From NCBI GenBank assembly GCA_903838985.1, contig CAIMAO010000014.1, positions 1 through 62,980 of the forward strand: DNA of 62,980 bases, read 5' to 3'. The position numbers were made by a program, and so were the translations under genes. Positions 18,702-29,000 of this stretch are shown here, one piece after another; within the stretch, counting starts at the first letter, position 1; every line of letters starts with the position of its first letter. The DNA is from an uncultured bacterium (GTDB lineage: Bacteria > Patescibacteriota > Minisyncoccia > Phycocordibacterales > UBA9973). The notes beneath the pieces were generated by a model. That model made no database searches, was not told the DNA's origin, and saw only the letters and a list, made by a program, of their open reading frames with translations.

Positions 18702-18788
18702 AAATAGCTGCTTTCTTGCGACTCGCATTCTAACCTGAATGTGGTCTACGAATCTAATATTGCGTATGTCGCAGAAAGCACTATTTTT
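18700..18788 (+). terminator. Giant terminator-like hairpin (21 bp, two bulges) enclosing a 45-nt core, followed by a T-run
   Basis: aaaaatagctgctttcttgcgac pairs with gtcgcagaaagcactattttt. Core: tcgcattctaacctgaatgtggtctacgaatctaatattgcgtat. Starts at the comEC-MBL stop codon. Confidence 0.7.
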
Positions 18789-18819
18789 AGTTTATTTGTT
18801 TCTGGGATATAATAGATTT

Positions 18820-20019
18820 ATGCGAGATAAACAAGTAGAAAAATTAATAAAAGAAGAAGAAAAAAGGCAAAAAAGTGTTATTAATTTAATTGCTTCAGAA
18901 AACTATGTTTCAGAAGATATTTTGAAAGCTTTGGGCTCAAAATTAACAAATAAATATGCAGAAGGTTATCCAGGCAAAAGATATTATGGGGGGAATACTG
19001 TTATTGATAAGGTTGAAAATCTTTGCATAGAGCGTGCTTTAAAACTTTTTAAACTAAATAAAAATGATTGGCATGTAAATGTTCAGCTTCTTTCTGGTTC
19101 TCCTGCAAATTTTGCTTTATATTCTGCTCTGGTTCCAATTGGTGGAAAAATTATGGGAATGAAATTATCTTCAGGTGGACATTTAACCCATGGTCATCCA
19201 GCATCAATGACAGGGAAGTTGTGGAAGTCTATTCAATTTGAAGTTGATTCAAAAACAGAAGTAATTGATTATGAAAAATTAAAACAAATAGCAATTTCAG
19301 AAAAACCAAATATTATTGTTGCAGGTTTTACAGCTTATCCTAGATTTGTAGATTTTAAAAAATTTAGAGAAATTGCAGATGCTGTGGTTTATCCTGATGG
19401 CAAGAAGGGAGCACTTCTTCATATAGATATGTCTCATTTTGCAGGGCTTGTTGCAGGCGGAGTGTATCCATCACCATTTCCTTATGCAGATAGTGTGATG
19501 ACTACTACACACAAAAGCCTTCGTGGCCCAAGGCAAGCTATTTTATTTGTAAAAAAAGACGATAGAGGTTTGGATAAGAAGTTAGATAAAATGATAATAC
19601 CAGGACTTTTTGGTGGCCCACATGAAAACAACATTGCAGCTGTAGCTATTGCTCTTAAAGAAGCTAGTACTGGAGAATTTAAAAAATATGCAAAACAAGT
19701 AATGAAAAATGCAAAAATTTTAGCAAAAGAACTTCAAAAACTTGGCTGGCATATTATTTCAGGTGGCACAGATTCTCATTTAATTTTAATGGATACTTGG
19801 ATGAATGGAGCAGGTATTTCTGGGAAAGAAGCGAGTGAAAAGCTTGAAAAAGCAGGAATTATTGTAAACATGAATGCTATCCCAGGAGATGTTCGTGGCG
19901 TGATGGATCCTTCTGGTATTCGTCTTGGTACTTGCGCAGAGACAACCCGTGGCAAAAAAGGAAAAGATATGATTTTAATTGCGAAAAAAATAGATAAAAT
20001 TTTAAAAGCTAACAAATAA
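18820..20019 (+). CDS. glyA: Serine hydroxymethyltransferase
   Basis: GGHLTHGH and TTTHKSLRGPR motifs. Start set at MRDKQVEKL (ATG 18820), 6 nt after TATAAT (18808-18813). The upstream part of the track ORF covers the hairpin element. Confidence 0.9.
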   Translation: MRDKQVEKLIKEEEKRQKSVINLIASENYVSEDILKALGSKLTNKYAEGYPGKRYYGGNTVIDKVENLCIERALKLFKLNKNDWHVNVQLLSGSPANFALYSALVPIGGKIMGMKLSSGGHLTHGHPASMTGKLWKSIQFEVDSKTEVIDYEKLKQIAISEKPNIIVAGFTAYPRFVDFKKFREIADAVVYPDGKKGALLHIDMSHFAGLVAGGVYPSPFPYADSVMTTTHKSLRGPRQAILFVKKDDRGLDKKLDKMIIPGLFGGPHENNIAAVAIALKEASTGEFKKYAKQVMKNAKILAKELQKLGWHIISGGTDSHLILMDTWMNGAGISGKEASEKLEKAGIIVNMNAIPGDVRGVMDPSGIRLGTCAETTRGKKGKDMILIAKKIDKILKANK

Positions 20020-20023
20020 TTTT

Positions 20024-20752
20024 ATGTTAAAAAACAAAACAATTTTAATAACAGGTTCATCTTCTGGAATTGGTGCAGCTACAGCAAGACTTGCGAAAGA
20101 ATATGGTGCGACGCCGATTCTTCATGGGAAAACAGACAGTGAAGATCTAAAAAATTTTGCTAAAGAATTAGGTTGTGAATATATTTTTTGTGATGTTGCA
20201 GATAAAGAAGCAGTAGATAAAGCTGTCCAAGATATTTTAGTGAAAGTAGGGAAAATAGATATTTTAGTGAATTCTGCTGGTATAGCAATTAGGAGTAAGT
20301 TTTTGGAATCAACAGATGAAGATTGGATTAACGTATTTAAAGTAAATGTTTTAGGTACAACTCATTTTTGTCAGGCAATCATTCCACAAATGCAGAAAAA
20401 TAACTATGGGAGGATAGTTAATATTGCTTCTATAAGATCTTTTGCAAGTACGTCAGGTCGTCCTGTTTATTCTGCGTCAAAAGCAGCTGTGATGAATCTT
20501 ACGGCTTCAATGGCTAAAGAATTTGCTCCAGTTATTGCTGTGAATGCTGTGGCTCCTGGTTTTACGGAAACTCCAATAGCTAAAGTGTGGGATGAAGAAG
20601 TTTGGAGACAATTGAAAACCTCGTTGTTGGGGAGAGTCGCTCAACCAAAAGAAATTGCAGAAGCAATTTTGTTTTTAGCTAGTGACAGAGCTAGTTTTAT
20701 GACTGGTCAGACTGTGATTGTTGATGGTGGTTATTCAATTTCAGGAAAATAA
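20024..20752 (+). CDS. Short-chain dehydrogenase/reductase (FabG-like)
   Basis: TGSSSGIGAA cofactor motif, NSAG, and YSASKAA catalytic motif. Confidence 0.85.
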   Translation: MLKNKTILITGSSSGIGAATARLAKEYGATPILHGKTDSEDLKNFAKELGCEYIFCDVADKEAVDKAVQDILVKVGKIDILVNSAGIAIRSKFLESTDEDWINVFKVNVLGTTHFCQAIIPQMQKNNYGRIVNIASIRSFASTSGRPVYSASKAAVMNLTASMAKEFAPVIAVNAVAPGFTETPIAKVWDEEVWRQLKTSLLGRVAQPKEIAEAILFLASDRASFMTGQTVIVDGGYSISGK

Positions 20753-20755
20753 TCT

Positions 20756-21166
20756 ATGAAAATATATTTTTCAGGATCAATAAAAGGAGGAAGAGAAGAT
20801 AAAGAAATTTATTTTGAAATAATAAATATTTTAAAAAAATATGGTGAAATTTTGACTGAATATGTTGGAGACCAGAATCTCTCTTCTTATGGCCAAAAAA
20901 ATTTTACAGATGAACAAATATATGAAAAAGATACACAATGGCTAAAAATAGCTGATGTAATTGTAGCGGAGGTGACGACTCCTAGTCTAGGTGTCGGTTA
21001 TGAAATTGCTTTTGCAGAATCTTTAGGTAAAAAGATTCTTTGTTTATATAGAGAAAATGGAAGTAAAAGTCTTTCTAGTATGATAAAAGGAGATAAAAAT
21101 TTAGACGTAAAAACATACAAAGAAGTTAAAGATTTAGAAATAGTATTTCAAGAATTTTTTAAATAA
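20756..21166 (+). CDS. 2'-deoxynucleoside 5'-phosphate N-hydrolase (DNPH1/Rcl)-like protein
   Basis: IYFSGSIKGGRED...VIVAEVTTPSLGVGYEIAFAE...LSSMIKG matches the DNPH1 pattern as I recall it. Confidence 0.75.
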   Translation: MKIYFSGSIKGGREDKEIYFEIINILKKYGEILTEYVGDQNLSSYGQKNFTDEQIYEKDTQWLKIADVIVAEVTTPSLGVGYEIAFAESLGKKILCLYRENGSKSLSSMIKGDKNLDVKTYKEVKDLEIVFQEFFK

Positions 21167-21223
21167 AAACTATTAAAATAAAGAATAATTCTCAATTTAA
21201 GTTTTTTTTGGTATAGTTGCTGT

Positions 21224-21913
21224 ATGGCAAAAAGGGGTAAATTAATAGTTATAGATGGGACAGATGGGAGTGGAAAGTCTACCCAGATAGCTCTTTTAGT
21301 TAATCGTTTTAAAAAAGATGGATACAAAGTTAAAGTTGTTGATTTTCCGGAATACTATTCTAATTTTTTTGGTAAATTTATTGGTCATTGTTTAACTGAA
21401 CAATACTATAATTTCGTAAGAGTACATCCAAAGATAGCTTCTGTACTTTATGCGGCGGATCGTTTCGAATCAAAAGAAAAAATAGAAATTTGGCTTAAAA
21501 AAGGATATATAGTCATTGCCGATAGATATGTTAGTGCGAATCAAATTCATCAAGGAGGAAAGATTTCTAATGTTAAAAAACGCCAAGCATTTATTAAGTG
21601 GCTTGATGAGATGGAATACAAAGTTTTTAAAATTCCAAGACCAGATGTTGTCTTTTATTTAAACTTATCGCTTCCTTTTATTTTGCAGTTAATAAAAGAA
21701 CGTAATAAAGAAACAAAACGTTCTTATGTTGGCAAAAAGAAAGATATTGTAGAAGGAGATATTGAATATTTAACAAATTCACATAAAAGTGCTGTTTGGC
21801 TTGCAAAGACTCAACCCGAATTTGTGCAGATAGAATGTACAGCAAAAAGCGTTCTACGTACTAGAGAAGATATTCATGAAGAGGTTTATAAGAAAGTAAA
21901 AAAAATAATATGA
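21224..21913 (+). CDS. tmk: Thymidylate kinase-like nucleoside monophosphate kinase
   Basis: P-loop IDGTDGSGKSTQ and DRY motif (ADRYVSAN). Confidence 0.7.
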   Translation: MAKRGKLIVIDGTDGSGKSTQIALLVNRFKKDGYKVKVVDFPEYYSNFFGKFIGHCLTEQYYNFVRVHPKIASVLYAADRFESKEKIEIWLKKGYIVIADRYVSANQIHQGGKISNVKKRQAFIKWLDEMEYKVFKIPRPDVVFYLNLSLPFILQLIKERNKETKRSYVGKKKDIVEGDIEYLTNSHKSAVWLAKTQPEFVQIECTAKSVLRTREDIHEEVYKKVKKII

Positions 21914-22419
21914 AAATTCCAATCGTAAACGAAAAAGATGAGATTATATCTTATAAAGAAAGAGAAGAAACTACTCGTGATGATATAAGAAGAATTGTTG
22001 GGTTATATGTTTTTAATGAGAAAGGTGAAACCCTTATAGCAAAAAGACAAAAAACTAAAAAATTAGATCCAAATTTATGGGGTCCTTCGGTTGCTGGAAC
22101 AGTTGATGAAGGTTTTGATTATGATAATACAGTTCTGAAAGAGGCGGAAGAAGAAATAGGTCTTAAGAATATTAAACCTATATTTTTTAAAAAATATTTT
22201 TATGAAACTCTTAATGCAAGAAGATTTAGTTCTGTGTATTATGTAACTGTTAATTCTATAGAGACAATATTTAAATTACAAGAAGATGAGGTTTCAGAAG
22301 TTAAGTGGATTAATCTAGAAGATTTGGGAAAATGGTTTAAAGATAAACCTGAACAATTTGTTCCATCTTTTCAAAATACGATTGATAATATTAAAGAAAT
22401 TTATGAAAATAAAAATTAA
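21910..22419 (+). CDS. NUDIX hydrolase
   Basis: Nudix box GTVDEGFDYDNTVLKEAEEEIGL. Confidence 0.8.
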   Translation: MKIPIVNEKDEIISYKEREETTRDDIRRIVGLYVFNEKGETLIAKRQKTKKLDPNLWGPSVAGTVDEGFDYDNTVLKEAEEEIGLKNIKPIFFKKYFYETLNARRFSSVYYVTVNSIETIFKLQEDEVSEVKWINLEDLGKWFKDKPEQFVPSFQNTIDNIKEIYENKN

Positions 22420-22825
22420 AAAATTAAAAGAAAATGCAAAATTACCAAAGTATCATCATCCTGGAGATGTGGGTATGGATCTATATTCTATGGAAGAATA
22501 TACCGTTAAACCAGGGGAAAGACACTACTTTTATCATGGTTTTGCTCTTGAATTTCCTGAAGGTTATGCGGCAATTGTCAAAGATAAATCGAGTATTTCA
22601 AAAGCGGGACTTCATTCGATGGGTGGTGTATTTGATGCTGGTTTTAGAGGAGAATATAATACTTTATTGGTAAATCTTTCTGATGAGTCTTATACTGTAG
22701 AGGTGGGAGATAAAGTAGCTCAGCTTGTTATTTTCCCAGTAGCTATTTCAGAACTGGAAGAAGTAGATGAATTAGGAAATTCAAGTAGAGGTTTAGGTGG
22801 TTTTGGTTCAACGGGTAGAAAATAA
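22403..22825 (+). CDS. dut: dUTP diphosphatase
   Basis: GDVGMDLYS, DAGFRGE and RGLGGFGSTG motifs. Start set at MKIKIKKLKENAKLP (ATG 22403). Confidence 0.85.
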   Translation: MKIKIKKLKENAKLPKYHHPGDVGMDLYSMEEYTVKPGERHYFYHGFALEFPEGYAAIVKDKSSISKAGLHSMGGVFDAGFRGEYNTLLVNLSDESYTVEVGDKVAQLVIFPVAISELEEVDELGNSSRGLGGFGSTGRK

Positions 22826-22826
22826 A

Positions 22827-24566
22827 ATGGACATAAAAACAAAATTAGAAAATTTAATAAGAGAAGCACTTAGTAAACTTGATATAGAAGTTAAAGATAT
22901 TTCTCTTGAACACCCAGCAGATTTAAAAATGGGGGATTTTTCAACAAATATCGCAATGTCTTTTGCAAAGAAAATGGGTGCTAATCCAAAGGAATTAGCA
23001 GAAAAAATCGCAGAAGTCCTTCGACAAGCTCAGGACGATTCGCTAGAGCGAATCGAAGCAAAAAACGGATTTATTAATTTTTATTTATCTCAAGATTTTT
23101 TTGTTAATTCTGTCAAAGAAATTTTAGAAAATAAAGATTTTGGGAAAAATAATATTTTTTCTGGTAAAAAAATAATGGTTGAATATACAGATCCAAACCC
23201 TTTTAAACCATTTCACATTGGACATTTGATGAGTAATGCCATAGGTGAATCTATTTCTCGTATAGTTGAATTTTCTGGCGCAAAAACAATTAGAGCAAAT
23301 TACCAAGGTGATGTTGGCCCACACGTAGCGAAAGCAATTTTTGGTATGTTTAAGGCTGGTCCACCGGCAGATGAATCTGCTCCTGCTTCAGTTTTAGCTC
23401 AGTATATTGGTGAATGTTATTCAGATGGGAGTAACGCCTATGATACTGACGAAGAAGCAAAAAAAGAAATAAATGAGATAAATAAAAAAGTTTATGACAG
23501 AAGTGATGAAGGGGTTAATCAGGTTTATGACTGGGGAAGGAGAGTGACGCTTGAGGCGTTTGAAGAACTTTATAAAATGCTTGGCACAAATTTTAATTAT
23601 TATTTCTTTGAAAGCATTGTTGCTCCTATTGGTTTAAAAATAGTAAATGAAAAACTTAAAGATAAAAAATCTGAAAATATCTTCGAAAAAAGTGATGGAG
23701 CAATAGTCTTTCATGCAGAAAAGTATGATCCGAAATTGCATACGAGAGTTTTCATAAATTCTCAAGGCCTACCAACTTATGAAACAAAAGAATTAGGACT
23801 TACAGAAATGAAGTTTGAAAAAGAAAAATTAGATATGTCAGTAGTTATAACAGCAAATGAGCAAGAAGAGTATATGAAAGTTGTAACTAAGGCCTTGGAG
23901 ATAATGAATCCAGAAATTGCATCTAAAATGAAGCATATTGTTCATGGCATGATGCGCCTCGCTTCTGGAAAGATGTCTTCTAGAAAAGGTAATGTGATTA
24001 CAGGAGAATCTTTACTTTTGGAATCTTGTGAACAAATTTTAGAAAAAATAAAAGATAGAGATTTAACAGAAGAAGAGAAAAAACAAATAAGTAATGATGT
24101 TGGAGTTTCTGCATTGAAATATTCTATTTTGAAACAAAACATTGGTGGAAATATTATTTATGATTTTGAAAAATCTATTTCATTTGAAGGAGATTCTGGT
24201 CCGTATCTACAATATTCATATGCTAGAGCAAGGTCTATTATAGAAAAAGCAAAAATAGAAAATATATTGCCTAGCTTTTTATTAAACAATGAAAATACTG
24301 ACATGTTGCCACTAGGCGATATAGAGAAATTGTTATACAGATTTCCTGAAGTAGTATTTAGGAGCGCAGAAGAATTTGAGCCACACTATATTGCAAACTA
24401 CTTGATAGACATTGCTCGTGCTTTTAATACTTATTATGGTAATACAAAAATAATTGATAAGGATGATTTAATGTCTCCCTACAAAATAGCTCTGACTTTA
24501 GCATTTTCTAATATAATGAAAAATGGATTATATTTACTTGGGATAAAAGCTCCAGAGAAAATGTAA
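22827..24566 (+). CDS. argS: Arginine--tRNA ligase
   Basis: PFHIGHLMSN (HIGH) motif, GFINFYL, and a C-terminal DALR-type anticodon-binding region. Start set at MDIKTKLENL. Confidence 0.9.
   Translation: MDIKTKLENLIREALSKLDIEVKDISLEHPADLKMGDFSTNIAMSFAKKMGANPKELAEKIAEVLRQAQDDSLERIEAKNGFINFYLSQDFFVNSVKEILENKDFGKNNIFSGKKIMVEYTDPNPFKPFHIGHLMSNAIGESISRIVEFSGAKTIRANYQGDVGPHVAKAIFGMFKAGPPADESAPASVLAQYIGECYSDGSNAYDTDEEAKKEINEINKKVYDRSDEGVNQVYDWGRRVTLEAFEELYKMLGTNFNYYFFESIVAPIGLKIVNEKLKDKKSENIFEKSDGAIVFHAEKYDPKLHTRVFINSQGLPTYETKELGLTEMKFEKEKLDMSVVITANEQEEYMKVVTKALEIMNPEIASKMKHIVHGMMRLASGKMSSRKGNVITGESLLLESCEQILEKIKDRDLTEEEKKQISNDVGVSALKYSILKQNIGGNIIYDFEKSISFEGDSGPYLQYSYARARSIIEKAKIENILPSFLLNNENTDMLPLGDIEKLLYRFPEVVFRSAEEFEPHYIANYLIDIARAFNTYYGNTKIIDKDDLMSPYKIALTLAFSNIMKNGLYLLGIKAPEKM
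23017..23055 (+). repeat. G/C-rich motif in argS: 20-mer tccttcgacaagctcaggac (identical to the ftsK copy) followed by palindrome cgattcgct-ag-agcgaatcg
   Basis: Exact 20/20 match to the reverse complement of 45288-45307. Translated here as LRQAQDDSLERIE. Confidence 0.9.
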
Positions 24567-24569
24567 TTT

Positions 24570-25946
24570 ATGACTCAAGATCAAGCCTTAAATATTTTAA
24601 AAACTGGTGCTAATGTTTTTTTGACTGGTGAACCAGGTTCAGGAAAAACATATGTTGTGAATGCTTATGTGAAATATTTGCGTACTTGTTTTGTGGAACC
24701 ATCTATCACAGCGTCCACGGGTATTGCGGCTACACATATAGGAGGAATGACGATACATTCTTGGAGTGGAATAGGCATCAAAACAAAATTAGATAGATAT
24801 GATTTAGATAAAATCGTGACTAGTGAATATATTTCTAAACGTATTCATAAGGCACGAGTTTTGATTATTGATGAGATTTCTATGCTTTCTCCGAATATGC
24901 TTGATATGGTGGACTTGGTTTGTCGCGAAATAAGACAAAACAGTGAAGCATTTGGTGGTTTGCAAGTTATTTTTGTTGGTGATTTTTTTCAATTGCCACC
25001 GATTGTCAAAAAAGATTATATAGAGAAGAAACAAAATAATCTTCTTTCAGATATTCAAAAAAATAATGGCATTTTCGCTTATGACAGTGGAGCTTGGGAG
25101 AGAGCTACTCCTGTGGTTTGTTATTTAACAGAACAACATAGACAGGATGATAAAAATTTTCTTTCTGTTCTTTCGGCAATACGTACCAATAATGTAAAAA
25201 AAGAACATTTGAAACATATCAATACTCGTCAGATCGACATAGAAGATATGCCAGAAGATGTCACGAAACTTTTTTCTCATAATATAAATGTTGATCAAGT
25301 AAATAATGCTGAACTTATGAAATTAGAAACGCAAGTTAAAACATTTATGATGTCTTCGGAGGGGAATGATGCGATAGTATCTGCACTTAAAAAAGGATGT
25401 TTGTCTCCAGAAAAATTGGAATTAAAAGTTGGAGCTATTGTTATGTGCACGAAAAATAATCAGAAAGAAAGATATGTGAATGGCACATTGGGGAATGTGA
25501 TTGCATTTGAAGAATTTAGCGGCTTTCCAATTATTAAAACAAAAAATGGTAGAAATATAACGATTACACCTCTTGATTGGACTGTTGAAGAAAATGGTAA
25601 AATTCGTGCACAGATAACACAAGTGCCACTTCGTTTGGCGTGGGCTATTACAGTGCATAAAAGTCAGGGAATGAGTTTAGATGAAGCTGTCGTTGATTTG
25701 TCTCAAATATTTGAATTTGGTCAAGGTTATGTGGCACTCTCGAGAGTACGTAGACTTTCAGGACTTTATTTACTTGGGATAAATGAACATGCACTTAAAG
25801 TACACCCAGAAATTTTGAAAAAAGATATTGATTTTAGAAATATATCTGAAAATGCCGTAAAAGTTTTTGGTAAACTTTCTAAAAGTGAACTTAAAAAAAT
25901 GCATAGTAATTTTATTGTTGCTTGTGGAGGAAAAACAAAAAAATAG
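24570..25946 (+). CDS. PIF1/RecD-like ATP-dependent DNA helicase
   Basis: Walker A GEPGSGKTY, Walker B LIIDEISM, FVGDFFQLPP, and C-terminal TVHKSQGMS. Confidence 0.8.
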   Translation: MTQDQALNILKTGANVFLTGEPGSGKTYVVNAYVKYLRTCFVEPSITASTGIAATHIGGMTIHSWSGIGIKTKLDRYDLDKIVTSEYISKRIHKARVLIIDEISMLSPNMLDMVDLVCREIRQNSEAFGGLQVIFVGDFFQLPPIVKKDYIEKKQNNLLSDIQKNNGIFAYDSGAWERATPVVCYLTEQHRQDDKNFLSVLSAIRTNNVKKEHLKHINTRQIDIEDMPEDVTKLFSHNINVDQVNNAELMKLETQVKTFMMSSEGNDAIVSALKKGCLSPEKLELKVGAIVMCTKNNQKERYVNGTLGNVIAFEEFSGFPIIKTKNGRNITITPLDWTVEENGKIRAQITQVPLRLAWAITVHKSQGMSLDEAVVDLSQIFEFGQGYVALSRVRRLSGLYLLGINEHALKVHPEILKKDIDFRNISENAVKVFGKLSKSELKKMHSNFIVACGGKTKK

Positions 25947-26019
25947 ATAGAAAATTTATGCTTTATAAAGCAAGGTTAAAGATGTAGAAAAAAAGCATTT
26001 TTTCTGTTAATATCTACTT

Positions 26020-29000
26020 ATGGACGCTAATAAAGAAAATAAGTCAGAAACAGCTTTTAGAGAAGAGCGTATTTTAGAGTTTTGGAAAGAAAATAATGTT
26101 TTTGAAAAATCATTAGAAAAAGAAGCTCCAAAAGGGAATTATGTTTTTTATGATGGCCCTCCTTTTGCTACGGGTCTTCCACATTATGGTCATATTTTAG
26201 GAAGTGTCACCAAAGATGTTATTGGACGTTATCAAACGATGTCTGGTTTTTCTGTGCCACGACGTTGGGGTTGGGATTGTCATGGTTTACCAATAGAAAA
26301 TATTGTTGAAAAAGATTTGAATATTTCTGGTAAGAAAGCCATTGAAGAAATGGGAATAGATAAATTTGTTGAATACGCTCGTAGTAAAGTTTTGACTTAT
26401 GTTTCTGAATGGGAAAAGACGGTTAACCGTATTGGAAGATGGGTGGATTTTAATAATTCTTATAAAACAATGGATAACACTTTCATTGAGAGTGTTTGGT
26501 GGGCGCTTGGAGAATTAAACAAAAAGGAATTACTTTATGAAGGCGTGAGAGTACTCGCATATTGTCCTCGTTGTGAAACTCCGATTGCCAATTCTGAAAT
26601 TGCGATGGATAACAGTTATAAAGATATCACTGATATTTCGGTGTATGTAAAATTTAAATTAAAACCAGGACAAAAGTTTGGGAAGAATGAAGATGGTGAA
26701 TGCACAACGCGAGATAGTGCCTATGTTATTGCATGGACGACAACGCCGTGGACACTCCCAGGAAATACTGCATTGGCTGTAAGTAAAGATGTTTCATATA
26801 GTGCAGTGCGAATTGATGACAAAGAAGAACTTTTGTTTGTTGCCACAGAGTTGGTAAATAAAATTTTTAAAGATCATAAGATTGAAATAGTTCGTACTTT
26901 TATGGGTTCAGGTCTTATTGGGCTTTCTTATGAGCCAATATTTGATTATTACAAAAATATTGATATGCCAAATAAAGAAAATATTTGGAAAGTTTGGCAT
27001 GCAGATTTTGTGACGACAGATGTGGGGACGGGGATAGTTCATGAAGCTCCTGCTTTTGGTGAAGATGATATGAATCTTGCTAAGGAACATAGCATTCCAT
27101 TTATTCGACACGTTGAACCAAATGGTACTTTCTCAAAAGAAGTTTTAGATTTTGTTGGAATAAAAGTTAAACCAAAAGAAGATCATCAATCAACTGATGT
27201 TTTGATAATTAAATTTTTAGCAAAAAATGGAACTCTTTTTGCGAAAGAAAAAATAATTCACTCTTATCCACATTGTTATCGTTGTGAAACCCCACTTCTT
27301 TATTATGCTTTGCCTTCATGGTTTGTGAATATACAAAAAGTCAAAAAAGATTTGCTTAAGAATGCTGAGATAATGAATTGGATTCCAGCTCATTTGAAAG
27401 ATGGACGTTTCAAAAATACAATGGAATCAGCTCCTGATTGGACTATTTCACGTAACCGTTATTGGGCAAGTCCTTTACCTATTTGGAAGTCAGACTCTAA
27501 CGAGATTATGTTTGTGAATTCTATTGAAGATTTAAAGAAAAAAACAAAAAAATCTGGAAATAAATATTTTGTAATGCGACATGGTGGTGCTGAAAGTAAT
27601 CTTAAAGATACTGTAAGTTCTAAAGTTGAAGACGTTGATCATTTAACAGAAGAGGGTAGGAAAGAAGTTTTGAAATCCGTTTTAGAGTTAAAAGACAAAA
27701 AAATTGATTTGATAATAGCTTCTGATTTCATGAGAACTAAGGAAACAGCAGAAATTGTTCAAAGAGAATTAGGACTTTCAAGTGATCAGCTAATTTTTGA
27801 TAAAAGACTATGGGAATTATGTGCAGGAGTTTTTGATGGAAAAACTTGGCAAGAATATTCTGATTTTCGTAAAGGAAAAGACTGGTATTCTTATGTACCA
27901 GAAGATGGAGAATCTTGGAAGCAAATGAAAAGAAGAACAATAGAATTTTTGTATGAGATAGAAGAAAAATATAAAGGAAAGAATATTTTAATAGTTACAC
28001 ATGAAGGTCCAGCTAGATCATTTTTTGTAGGATCTCAAGGATTAAGTGATATTGAAACAATAAAAGTACTAGAAAGTGACGAACTTGGTTTTAAAAACGC
28101 TCAAGTTCGAAATATCGAATTTGTTCCACTTCCTCATAATGAGAATTATGAGCTTGATTTACATAGGCCTTATATAGATAAGATCGTGCTTGTAGATGAA
28201 AAAGGTAAAGAATATAAAAGAATACCAGAAGTGATTGATTGTTGGTTTGAATCTGGTTCAATGCCATTTGCTCAAGATCATTATCCATTTGAAAATTTAG
28301 ACTGGAAAGATAAAAATTTTCCATCTGGTTTTGTCGCAGAGTATATTGCTCAGACAAGGACTTGGTTTTATTATACTCACGTTATTTCTTCTATATTATT
28401 TAATCAAGCACCATTTAAAAATGTTGTGACTACTGGGACTATCTTGGCAGAAGATGGTCAAAAAATGTCAAAATCAAAAAATAATTTTCCAGATCCTTGG
28501 ATATTATTTAATAAATATGGAGTTGACGCACTTCGTTTCTATTTGATGTCTTGTCCGGTTATGAAAGGTGAAGATATTAATTTCTTAGAGAAAGCAGTTC
28601 AGGATATTTCAAATAAAATAATAAATAGATTGAATAATGTTTTAGCTTTCTATGAATTATATCGTGATAGAGAATTGGAAACTTTGGAATATGAAAAGTC
28701 AGATGATATTTTGGATCAATGGATTGTTTCTCGTTTGAATGAATTAATTACTGAAACGACAGATGGGATGGAAAAATATGATATGTCTTTAGCGACAAAA
28801 CCTTTTGATTTATTTATTGGTGATCTTTCTACTTGGTATTTACGTAGATCACGTGACAGAATAAAAGATGGAGATAAAAACGCAAAACAAACTTTATATT
28901 TTGTATTAAAAACTCTCGCAAAATTGATGGCTCCATTTGCGCCATTTTCTGCTGAAGATATTTGGCTAAGATTAAAAAATGAAAAAGAAGTTGAAAGTGT

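Noticed and set aside
22434-22673. 79-aa ORF in an alternate frame within dut.
   Set aside because: It lies fully inside the well-supported dUTPase frame, and its product is compositionally implausible.
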